Below are positions 52,386-62,607 of a DNA stretch of 64,000 bases, one piece after another. The notes beneath the pieces were generated by a model. That model did not search any database. It was given only the letters and a program-made list of their open reading frames with translations, and was not told the DNA's origin. Every line of letters begins with the position of its first letter. Position 1 is the stretch's first letter. This DNA is from an uncultured delta proteobacterium (GTDB taxonomy: Bacteria; Desulfobacterota; Binatia; UBA9968), in NCBI GenBank assembly GCA_963804165.1, contig CAWDPO010000017.1, positions 320,001 to 384,000 on the forward strand. Reading direction: 5' to 3'. The translations under genes and the position numbers were made by a program.

Positions 52386-53519
52386 TTGAATACGCCGAAG
52401 TCAAAGAGTTACGTTTATGTTCGCGAACGCGCTGCGATGGAAGCGCTGATCAAGCGCATCGGCGCGGCTGAAAGGGTCGCGCTGGACACCGAGGCTGACA
52501 GTCTCCACAACTACTTCGAAAAGGTTTGTTTGATCCAACTCTCGCTGGGAGAGCAGCACTATCTCGTCGACCCTCTCGCAGGTCTGGACCTGAGCGGATT
52601 CTTGGAAGCGTTGGCCGGGAAGCCGCTGATTCTGCACGGAGGCGACTTCGATCTACGCATGCTGCGAACGTCTCTGGGTTTCAGAGCGCGGGGTGAAGTT
52701 TTCGACACCATGATTGCCGCGCAATTGCTCGGCATCGAACAGATCGGGCTGGCTGCGCTCATCGAGCGATTCTTGGGAGTCACGATTGAAAAAACAGGGC
52801 AGAAGTCCGACTGGTCGCGCCGACCGCTGAGCGAGAAGCAGCTCAGCTACGCGGTCAACGACACGCGTTTTCTCGAGCCGCTTGCCGACTGTTTGGCTCG
52901 CGAGCTGAGCGAACGGGGCCGACTCGAATGGCAGGTGGAAAGTTGCCGAGCGATGGTGGAGTCGACCGGCCGTGATAAGTCACGCGATCCCGACGATGCT
53001 TGGCGAATCAGCGGGGCCGGGCGGCTGACCCGCCGCCAGCTGGCCTATCTGCGAGAACTCTGGCATTGGCGCGATGAGCACGCCAGGCGCGCGAACCAGC
53101 CGCCTTTCAAGGTCTTTAGCAATCAACAAATATTGGAACTCATCACGTGGGCGGAGTCTCACCCTGGCGCACCGCTGCAACATGGACCTAAGTTGCCGCG
53201 AAATGTCCGCGGCTCATTGCTGACAACACTCGAGGAAGCGCTCGCGCGGGCGACTGGAATGTCTCAGGCGCAGTGGCCGGAGCTGAGACGACGCGAACGC
53301 CCTGAGCCTCTAAGCGACGAGTGCTTGGAGCGGATCGACGCGCTGCGGGATGAATGCGCTCGCGTCGCCAAAGAGCTGGGCATCGCCGCTTCGACTTTGG
53401 CGCCCAAAGCCGCGCTCGAGGCCATCGCCCTGAGCCGGCCTCGGACCGTCGATGAGATTATGAAAAGCGGCGGACTGTTGCGCTGGCAGGCGCAACTTGT
53501 GCAAGAGCATGGGATTTAA
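52386..53519 (+). CDS. rnd: ribonuclease D (3'-5' exonuclease + HRDC)
   Basis: ALDTEAD..CLIQL, FDTMIAA, SDWSRRPLS..YAVND; start uncertain. Confidence 0.88.
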   Translation: MNTPKSKSYVYVRERAAMEALIKRIGAAERVALDTEADSLHNYFEKVCLIQLSLGEQHYLVDPLAGLDLSGFLEALAGKPLILHGGDFDLRMLRTSLGFRARGEVFDTMIAAQLLGIEQIGLAALIERFLGVTIEKTGQKSDWSRRPLSEKQLSYAVNDTRFLEPLADCLARELSERGRLEWQVESCRAMVESTGRDKSRDPDDAWRISGAGRLTRRQLAYLRELWHWRDEHARRANQPPFKVFSNQQILELITWAESHPGAPLQHGPKLPRNVRGSLLTTLEEALARATGMSQAQWPELRRRERPEPLSDECLERIDALRDECARVAKELGIAASTLAPKAALEAIALSRPRTVDEIMKSGGLLRWQAQLVQEHGI

Positions 53520-53975
53520 AGGAGTCGGACGGTTCCAGTCGTTCCAAACGTTCAAAACGTTCCAGTCGTTTAAGAATAGCCGGCGCGACCGGCTCAAGAT
53601 TTTCGTGTCTAAGCGAATTGCGATGGAGTTTACTGGTACGTCGTCTACGGTAGGAAGTCCGAACCGACGCATACGCAAGAGTTGCTTCGCGGATTGTCCC
53701 TAAATGTCTCTATCAGGGATGGTTGAAATCCCTCGCGTTCAGGCGAAATGAAAGTTCGTCATGCCGGCCCTTCAGCGCTGCTCAGGGTAAATTCCCAACC
53801 GGCATCCAGTTTCAATTTCAGTTCAAGCTCGAAACCCGCTTAGGTTCCGGCTTTCGCCGGAATGACAGAACCCCTCGGCTTGGAGCCGGGGGCCGTTCGG
53901 TTGATTTGCTTAGAAAACAACGCCCGTCTCTAAAACTTGCTCCTAAGAAATGCGGCGGCGTTTTCAATTGGTTCA

Positions 53976-55073
53976 TCATATCCCGTAAAACTGCCTCGGA
54001 TTGTCACACAAAATCTTTTCCACGAGGCTCGGCGGCACATCTTCTCGCGCTCTCATCTGCGTCACCAGATGAGTTTGTTCCGCAGGATCGTTGTGGCCGT
54101 AGTCGGAGCCGGTAAGCAGGTGGCCTTCGCCGGTGTATTGGATTAGGTAGGGAATATCTTCATCAGCCTCACAGGCGACGAAGAAACGGCAATCATCGAA
54201 AAGATCGGCCGGGGATTGCCATGATGCTTTCCAGCGCTTGCTGTTATCGCGCCGTAGCTTGTGGATCAAGAACGGTATCCAACTGGCGGAGGCTTCGATG
54301 AAGCCAAAGCGCAGTTTCGGAAACATGTCGGGAATCTGATTCAGCACGAGATCGCGAAACGCGTATAGGGGCGGGAAGCCGGAGTGAGACCATTGCCGAT
54401 TGCGTTCCAGATCGAACATCGCGGTGAGAGCCGGTGTGCCGGAGCCGGTGTGAATGCAGATCGGTAGATCGAGATCCATCGCCGTTTGATAGACTGGGAA
54501 AAAGTATGGGTTGTCCAACGTCAAGTTGCCTTCCATGCCGCGGAAGAATACGCCGACGGCGCCGTTTTGTTTAGCCCACTTCAACTCCTTCACGGATTCC
54601 TCGATGCAGCGCAGCGGCGGGATCGCCACCCAGTGGATGCGGTCGTGACTCTGCGCGCAAGCTTGCGCCATGAAGCGGTTATAGGCGCGGCTCAACGCTA
54701 CGTCGAGGTCGGCGTCGTCGGTGAGATAGATCAGGAACAAAGTCGGATAAACGACCTGAGCCGCGATGCCGCCGCGATCCATATCGGCAAGCCGGGCCGC
54801 TACGTCGGTCAGCTCTCTGCACGCGACCTGAATGTCTTTTCTGTTCGACTGGATCTTCGATGCCGATGGGGTGACGAGACGGAAGCCGCCTTTGCCGACC
54901 GGCTTGGGGAAAATATTGCCGTCGATGAGCCACGTCGCATTCCAGCCGCCGTATAAAGTATCGTCCGGCAGAGACAGCAAAACGGGCCTGCGCGGATACA
55001 TTTTTTCGTCGATCATCTGCCACATGGCTTCCGATTCGGCGATGTGGGTGTCAGAATCGATAACGGGTTGCAT
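53976..55073 (-). CDS. amidohydrolase_2 family protein, close paralogue of 38262..39374
   Basis: DSDTHIAESEAMW..RRPV..PDDTLY..WLIDGNIFPK..GKGGFR; GSDYGHNDPAE. Confidence 0.9.
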   Translation of the reverse strand: MQPVIDSDTHIAESEAMWQMIDEKMYPRRPVLLSLPDDTLYGGWNATWLIDGNIFPKPVGKGGFRLVTPSASKIQSNRKDIQVACRELTDVAARLADMDRGGIAAQVVYPTLFLIYLTDDADLDVALSRAYNRFMAQACAQSHDRIHWVAIPPLRCIEESVKELKWAKQNGAVGVFFRGMEGNLTLDNPYFFPVYQTAMDLDLPICIHTGSGTPALTAMFDLERNRQWSHSGFPPLYAFRDLVLNQIPDMFPKLRFGFIEASASWIPFLIHKLRRDNSKRWKASWQSPADLFDDCRFFVACEADEDIPYLIQYTGEGHLLTGSDYGHNDPAEQTHLVTQMRAREDVPPSLVEKILCDNPRQFYGI

Positions 55074-55381
55074 ATTCTAATCCTTTCATTTGGAAGCGTG
55101 TTTATATCACACGTCTGCTGTGCGGTGGGGGCTCTCTTCCCCTTGGCAGACCGTGTCTTGATTCGCACGATCATACTGACGTCATGCTGATCCTTCGCCG
55201 GAGTTTATCCTGAAGCAAGGTCGAAGGGGCTCAGAATGACATTAAGTCGCGCCTCCCGCGGGGGAGAAGGTAAAAAACCAGCTCGGACGCAACATCAAGA
55301 CTGACTCCGACGTTATGGCAGAAAACTTAGATCGACAAGCTGCGAGATCGTGAGATTTTTCGCTTTAGGATTCTCCTTCGC

Positions 55382-55492
55382 TATGTTGCAAGGATGCCGG
55401 TATTCTGAAACAGCATCAACTGGATGCCGAAGTGATCTTCATTCGCCGGCGGCACACTAGCGATGCAGGCGCTGGTCGGGCGAAGTCTGTAA
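55382..55492 (+). pseudogene. remnant of an NMT1/SsuA-type binding protein N-terminus
   Basis: Across frameshifts reads YVA.DAGILKQHQLDAEVIFI..GGTLAMQALVG, resembling neighbouring binding proteins; no start or continuation. Confidence 0.5.
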
Positions 55493-55644
55493 AAGAGATT
55501 CTCGCTGCGGTTACGAAAGCTAGAGCTAAAACAATTGCCCGGACCTGTCAACGAGAAATCGTCGGCCGGTAAGGTTGCAGCCAAACGATGAGTTTGCCTA
55601 TATAGGAACGTTCAAGTCTCGCGCTTGTTAGGAGGATTAGGTTC

Positions 55645-56208
55645 ATGGCGACGATCAAATTTCTCGATCCGAGAGTGACGATCAATCCCAAAGACCGGCC
55701 GCTGGTGCCGGGTCTGGATACGCTCGAAGGGAAAGTTGTCGGCATCATCGATAACGGGCAGGCCAACTCGACGACGATGTTTCAAGAACTCGCGCAACTG
55801 ATGCAAGAACAATTTCATACCAAAGAAGTTCTGTTCAAGACCAAACCGACGCACATGCAGGGAGCGCCGAAACCGATCATGGAGGAAATCTTAAGCCGGT
55901 GTGACGCAGTGATCACCGGTTTAGGCGCCTGAGGGTCGTGCACGTCGTGGAGTGTCCACGACGCCATCGAATTGCAAGAGAAAGGAAAGCCGACGGTAAC
56001 GCTGTGCCAGTCGATCTTCATGGAGCTGGCGCGCACCGAGGCGAAGTTTTTCGGCATTGTTAAATTGCCTCTGGTTGAAATCCCGCATCATCCCAGCGGC
56101 GGCGCGCGGCCTGGCGAACACCGGGCGGATGCCGAGGGCGCGATTAGTCTAGTTAATGAGCAGTTGACGTTGGGAGGGGATGGGTTGAAGAAGACGCGGG
56201 CGGGGTGA
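55645..56208 (+). CDS. UGSC-motif selenoprotein (187 aa; Sec at TGA 55930-55932)
   Basis: AGGAGG upstream; ...DAVITGLGA-U-GSCTSWSVHDAIELQEKGKPTV...; joins track ORFs 55645..55932 and 55972..56208 in frame. Confidence 0.88.
55944..55962 (+). promoter_or_regulatory. putative bacterial SECIS hairpin
   Basis: GTCGTGGA-GTG-TCCACGAC 11 nt after the UGA; identical to 42343-42361. Confidence 0.8.
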
Positions 56209-56270
56209 CGGGGAAAACGTGTTGCAAATTTGCAATGTGTGATTGAGTTTGTGTGTCTTGAGTAGGCGAT

Positions 56271-56680
56271 TCCTTTCCCCCTTGCGGGGAAAGGAAAGGA
56301 TAGGGGGTATGAACGCAAATAGAACGCGAGCTCGCCAGCTGCGGAAAAACCTAAGCAAAGCCGAACGATTGCTCTGGCGAAGATTACGGTTCTGGCAAGT
56401 AGACGGCTTCAAATTTCGTCGCCAACAGCCTTTGGGAAACTATATTGTTGATTTTGTCTCTTTGGAAAGACGATTGATCATTGAAGTGGACGGCGGACAG
56501 CATGCTGAAGATATGAATTATGATACCGACCGTGATGCTTGGCTACGTAATCAAGGTTTCGTGATTCTAAGATTCTGGAATAACGATGTGTTGAAGAACA
56601 TAGACGGCGTAGTGGAAGTGATTGCCAAGAATTTACAAAATACCCCCTTCCTCATTCCTTCCCCGCAAGGGGGAAGGAGG
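56271..56680. mobile_element. putative REP-flanked DUF559 cassette
   Basis: About 38-bp imperfect inverted arms (56271-56308 and 56642-56680) enclosing an AT-richer nuclease ORF. Confidence 0.55.
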
Positions 56681-56722
56681 TTAAGAACGAGGAGAAATGC
56701 CTCGTCGCCCTCTCGTCTTTAA
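56309..56722 (+). CDS. DUF559 / very-short-patch-repair-like endonuclease
   Basis: RARQLRKN...AERLLW..LR, FKFRRQ..GNYIVDF, IIEVDGGQH, RDAWL..QGF..LRFWNNDV. Confidence 0.9.
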   Translation: MNANRTRARQLRKNLSKAERLLWRRLRFWQVDGFKFRRQQPLGNYIVDFVSLERRLIIEVDGGQHAEDMNYDTDRDAWLRNQGFVILRFWNNDVLKNIDGVVEVIAKNLQNTPFLIPSPQGGRRLRTRRNASSPSRL

Positions 56723-56746
56723 ATGTGTGACTTGGAGCGTTCCATA

Positions 56747-57814
56747 ATGAAAACTCTCACCTCAAACCTCATCGAAGTCGAAGATAGCTGGGAAGCGGTC
56801 AATGACTGGTTCTGCAACGAAAAACTGAGCGACGGGTTGCCGATCGTGCCGCCGACGCCGGAGCGGGTCGAGAAAATGCTCGGCGCGACGGCGCGCGATC
56901 CGCAGGAAATCATCGGGCCGATACCGCCGAAGTGGGCGCCGTGCTCGATCGAGAAGATCGCGATCAATGCGGTCATGGCCGGATGCCTGCCGGAATATCT
57001 GCCGGTGATTGTCGCCGCAGTCGAAGCGATCTGCGAGCCGCGCTTCAATCTTTACGGCGTGCAGGCGACGACGGGATATGTCGGACCCGCGCTGCTGCTC
57101 AACGGTCCGATCAGAAAGCAGCTCAACGTCAATTGCGACTCGGGTGTATTCGGTCCCGGCTTTCGCTCCAACGCGACCATCGGCCGCGCCATGCGATTGA
57201 TTCTAATTACCGTCGGTGGCGGCTATCCGGGCGACACGGATCGATCGACGTTTGGCTGGCCGGGCAAGTACACGATGTGCTTCGGCGAAAATCAGGAGAA
57301 AAGTCCCTGGGAGCCGTACCACGTCGAATTCGGCTTTAAACCCGACGAAAGCGCCGTCACGGTGTTCGGCATCAACGGCTTTCTACCGATTCACACCGCC
57401 GGCAATCGCGGCGAGCAGGCGCTCTCGTCATTGGCAGAAGTAATCAAGATGCATCACGGCGTGAGCCATCTCGACGTCGGCAGCTTCGGCGGCGGCACGC
57501 CGCTGATCGCGCTCGGCATCGAAGACGCGGAAATCATGGCGCGTGACGGCATTACCAAGAAACAGGTCAAAGATTATTTGTGGGAGCATGCGTCGCTCAA
57601 GTTCTCCGAGATTCCTGCGCGCCGCAAAGGGCACAAGAGCGACGACGAGTTATTAAAAGACGCGCCGCACGTCACGCCCGATATGGTTGTCCATCTCTCA
57701 TCGAAGCCGGAAGACATCATGGTGATTGTCGTCGGCGGCAAGCACCGGCATTCCGTCTTCCTACCGATGTGGACGGGGCGCAATACGCTGTGTGTGATAA
57801 AGCCAATTCGATAG
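56747..57814 (+). CDS. conserved hypothetical protein, partner of the UGSC selenoprotein
   Basis: DGLPIVPPTPERVEKML, EKIAINAVMAGCLPEY, SNATIGR, GWPGKY; paralogue of 42858..43910. Confidence 0.8.
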   Translation: MKTLTSNLIEVEDSWEAVNDWFCNEKLSDGLPIVPPTPERVEKMLGATARDPQEIIGPIPPKWAPCSIEKIAINAVMAGCLPEYLPVIVAAVEAICEPRFNLYGVQATTGYVGPALLLNGPIRKQLNVNCDSGVFGPGFRSNATIGRAMRLILITVGGGYPGDTDRSTFGWPGKYTMCFGENQEKSPWEPYHVEFGFKPDESAVTVFGINGFLPIHTAGNRGEQALSSLAEVIKMHHGVSHLDVGSFGGGTPLIALGIEDAEIMARDGITKKQVKDYLWEHASLKFSEIPARRKGHKSDDELLKDAPHVTPDMVVHLSSKPEDIMVIVVGGKHRHSVFLPMWTGRNTLCVIKPIR

Positions 57815-57849
57815 TAATTGGAGTACTGAAGTGATGGAGTAATGGGAGG

Positions 57850-58866
57850 ATGGTGCTTTCGGTCATGAGAATCGAGGATGCAGGCTCGAGGATCGGTCGA
57901 GCCGCGGCGATCTTCATGCTTGCGTTTGTGTTAGCAACCCCTTGCGTGGCACAGGAGAAATTTCGCTTTCCCATCGGCGAGTCTTCGAAGACGTTAAGTT
58001 ACGGCCCGCTTTGGGTTGCCGGGAAAATGGGTTTCTTTGACAAGGAAGGCTTGGAGGTGCCGATCGTCACCATGCGCGGATCGCCGTTGACAATTCAAGC
58101 GCTGACCGCCGATTCGATCTACGTCGCCAACGCGACGGTGGATACTCTTATCAGCGCTTACGAGCGGGGCGCGGATATCACTATGATCGGCGGCCTGATC
58201 AACGGTCTCGGTTTGAGCATGATCGGCGGCAAGCCGTACAAGACCTACGCCGACCTGCGCGGCACAACCATCGGCACGCAGACGCTGACCTCCGGCACCG
58301 GCTTCGCTTTGCGCCTGGTGCTGAAGGTCCACGGCATGGAATATCCGCGCGATTACAAGTTGCTCAACATCGGCGGCGCAGCCGATCGCTATCAGGCATT
58401 AACCTCAGGCCAAATTTCCTCGGCGCCCGTTGGCGTGCCCCTCGATCTCGTCGCCAAGCAGCAAGGATTCAACATCATCGGTTACTTCGCCGATGATCAG
58501 CCCAATTTTCAGTTCAACGTCTACATCGTCAAACGCTCCTGGGCCGAAAGAAACCGGCCGCTGGTCGTGCGCTTTATGAAAGCGATGGTCTCGACGATGC
58601 GCTGGATGATGGACAATACCGAGACTGCCTGCGCTTATTTATCGAAGGAAATGGCGATCAGCGTAGAGCACTGCCGTTACGCTTCCGACTATAACTGGAA
58701 AAGCCGCATCTGGGACCGCAACGCCGAATTGAACCAGGAAGGCGTGCGCACGTTGATCAAAATCACTGCCGAGCAAGGCATTCTCAAGGAGCCGTTGCCG
58801 CAGCCGGCGAAGTACATCGATCAGAGTTTTCTCAAGCAGGCGCTGGCGGAAATTGGTAAGAGGTAA
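57850..58866 (+). CDS. ABC substrate-binding protein, NMT1/SsuA-like
   Basis: Signal peptide; PLWVAGKMGFFDKEGLEV; DLRGTTIG; VVRFMKAM. Confidence 0.88.
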   Translation: MVLSVMRIEDAGSRIGRAAAIFMLAFVLATPCVAQEKFRFPIGESSKTLSYGPLWVAGKMGFFDKEGLEVPIVTMRGSPLTIQALTADSIYVANATVDTLISAYERGADITMIGGLINGLGLSMIGGKPYKTYADLRGTTIGTQTLTSGTGFALRLVLKVHGMEYPRDYKLLNIGGAADRYQALTSGQISSAPVGVPLDLVAKQQGFNIIGYFADDQPNFQFNVYIVKRSWAERNRPLVVRFMKAMVSTMRWMMDNTETACAYLSKEMAISVEHCRYASDYNWKSRIWDRNAELNQEGVRTLIKITAEQGILKEPLPQPAKYIDQSFLKQALAEIGKR

Positions 58867-58896
58867 GGGGTGAAGCGTCAGGAATAAGGAGATTTG

Positions 58897-59898
58897 ATGA
58901 AATCGCGCGGCATTATTGCAGGAATGATACTGTTGATCGCTTTGATGTTCGTGTGGCGACCGGCGACGGCTCAAGACAAAATCAGAATGGGTCTCAGCTC
59001 GGTGAGCGGGCTTCACAGTGCGGTGTGGGTTGCGGAACAGAAGGGCTTGTTTCGTAAGCATGGAATCGACGCTGAAGTCATCGTGACTGGTCAGGGCGGC
59101 ACGGCGGGAATCAGCGCGCTGCTCGCCAACGATATCCAGATGGTGAACTCTGCGGGCGATGTTCTGGTAGCCGCGGCGTTGCGTGGCGGCGATACCGTGA
59201 TGGTCGCAAGTGTGGTCAACAAGGGGCTGCAGAGGCTCGTGACAAAGCCGGACATAAAAACCCCCGCAGATCTCAAGGGCAAACGGATCGGCGTCACGCG
59301 GATCGGCGCGGTTTCTCACTCCGTTCTGCTCATGATGCTACAGCGTTGGAAGATGACTGTGAATGATATTCAGGTGCTGCAACTCGGTTCATCGCCGAAT
59401 ATGTTGGCAAGCCTCGATAAAGGCGGCGTCGAAGGAGGCGTGCTGACAATTCCGTCGATGTTTGTGGCCGAAGATCGGGGTTATCGAGTGTTGTTGGATA
59501 TGGCAGATACCGACATTTACTATCTTCACACAATGGTCGCGACGACGCGGCAGTACATCAAAAACAATCGCGATAAGGTTTCAAGATTTCTCAAGGGGTA
59601 CGTCGAAGGGATTGCGTTCGTGAAGCAAAACAAGAAGGAAAGCTTGGAGATCGTCAAGAAAAAGCTTCGCATCGGCCCTGAACAGGAAAGAAATTTAGAA
59701 CGGTCTATCGATTTATTGATCGCAAAATACTACGAGAACGCTCCTTATCCCTCGCTGCGCGGCGTCGAGACCGTGCTCGGCTTCGTCGAAAAAGATAACC
59801 CCAAGGCAAAGGGCGCGGATCCAAAATCATTCGTCGATGACAGTTTGCTGCGCGAAATCGATCAGAGTGGTTTTATCAAAAAACTCTACGAACGTTAG
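58897..59898 (+). CDS. ABC substrate-binding protein, NMT1/SsuA-like
   Basis: Signal peptide; WVAEQKGLFRKHGID; DLKGKRIGVTRIG; EIDQSGFIKKLY. Confidence 0.9.
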   Translation: MKSRGIIAGMILLIALMFVWRPATAQDKIRMGLSSVSGLHSAVWVAEQKGLFRKHGIDAEVIVTGQGGTAGISALLANDIQMVNSAGDVLVAAALRGGDTVMVASVVNKGLQRLVTKPDIKTPADLKGKRIGVTRIGAVSHSVLLMMLQRWKMTVNDIQVLQLGSSPNMLASLDKGGVEGGVLTIPSMFVAEDRGYRVLLDMADTDIYYLHTMVATTRQYIKNNRDKVSRFLKGYVEGIAFVKQNKKESLEIVKKKLRIGPEQERNLERSIDLLIAKYYENAPYPSLRGVETVLGFVEKDNPKAKGADPKSFVDDSLLREIDQSGFIKKLYER

Positions 59899-60459
59899 AT
59901 CGTGAGTCGGATCGACCGCCGATCGGCGAATTCATCACATCTCCCAGTAGGTCGCTGCGGCGATCGAGCTTTAAGTTGTTTGCTGACAACTCGCGGTTTC
60001 TCCAGAAAAAATTGACAGGCGAACCTTCACGTCAGCGGTATTTGCGCCCTACGCCGGCTTCTCTTATTTCCAGGCAAATTTCTGTGTTCCGCCGTAGTGT
60101 GTTGATTTTGGGCAGATCCACGGCGATTACAGCCGTCAGCGATCGGATAGGTATTTCTCCATTCGTACACTTTTGGACGTATTTCACTTAACCCACCTCA
60201 ACATATTAAGTTGGCAAATTAAGGCATTTTTAGCAATCCTTTTCCGCAGCGCCGCAATCACAGAGACACTGTTTCGGCAATCAATTCCGTTACTCGCTTA
60301 AAGGCCACGGTGGTACAAAAAATGCTCGGATATCTGAGGCCATTCCGCGAACTATCGCGGCTTTGATCGACGCGCTCACACAGCGCTTTTGATGGCGCGT
60401 TGTAATTTAGCAAACCGATGTAATTAAAGAAGTTATTAGCGAAGGGCGATTACTCTCTA

Positions 60460-61968
<1,509 letters not shown>

Positions 61969-62169
61969 TGAAAAGATTTGGGATTGGGAAATGAAACTCG
62001 AGCCATTGATCACATATTGGCGTGGGCAGTTTGCGGACGAAGAGCGACGCTATGCCTGGCTCACGGTCATTCCGGTAATGCAGCTCCGCGCAGGCGTCGG
62101 TGCCGCAAACGGAGTGGTCCTATGGTTTTCGCAAAAGTCTCAGCACGTTTGAGAGGAGCGAGGTAAATC

Positions 62170-62541
62170 ATGGCAGACAAATCGATTCTGATCGTTGACG
62201 ACAATCCGGTGAACTCAAAACTCATCCGTGTCTTGTTGGCCGGAGAGGGATATGAAGTTCACACCGCGGCAGATGCCGAGGCGGCAATACGGGTCTTAGG
62301 GGGACTAAATCCGGATTTGATCCTAATGGATGTACAACTTCCGGGAATCGATGGTCTTGAATTGACCCGGCGGCTAAAGGCGGATCCGGCAACTCGGGGA
62401 ATCAAGATTCTCGGATTGACCGCGTATGCGATGAAAGGGGACAAGGAAAAAATATTGGCGGCCGGCTGTGACGGCTACATCGCGAAACCCATTGACACAC
62501 GCACATTGCCCAAGGTGATCGAGCACTATTTGGAAAGATGA
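62170..62541 (+). CDS. single-domain response regulator (CheY/DivK-like)
   Basis: ILIVDDN, LILMDVQLPGIDG, LTAYAMKGD, YIAKP. Confidence 0.93.
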   Translation: MADKSILIVDDNPVNSKLIRVLLAGEGYEVHTAADAEAAIRVLGGLNPDLILMDVQLPGIDGLELTRRLKADPATRGIKILGLTAYAMKGDKEKILAAGCDGYIAKPIDTRTLPKVIEHYLER

Positions 62542-62607
62542 CGGGAGGGAAATCGAGAGAATACCATGCATATGCATTCAGAAACGTCTCCCGCGGTTAT
62601 TTCGATA

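Noticed and set aside
42329-55932. In-frame TGA codons as nonsense errors or as genetic code 4/25
   Set aside because: Both occur at the same homologous codon with identical hairpins, while TGA is an ordinary stop in many other genes here (e.g. 17073, 22256, 46022).
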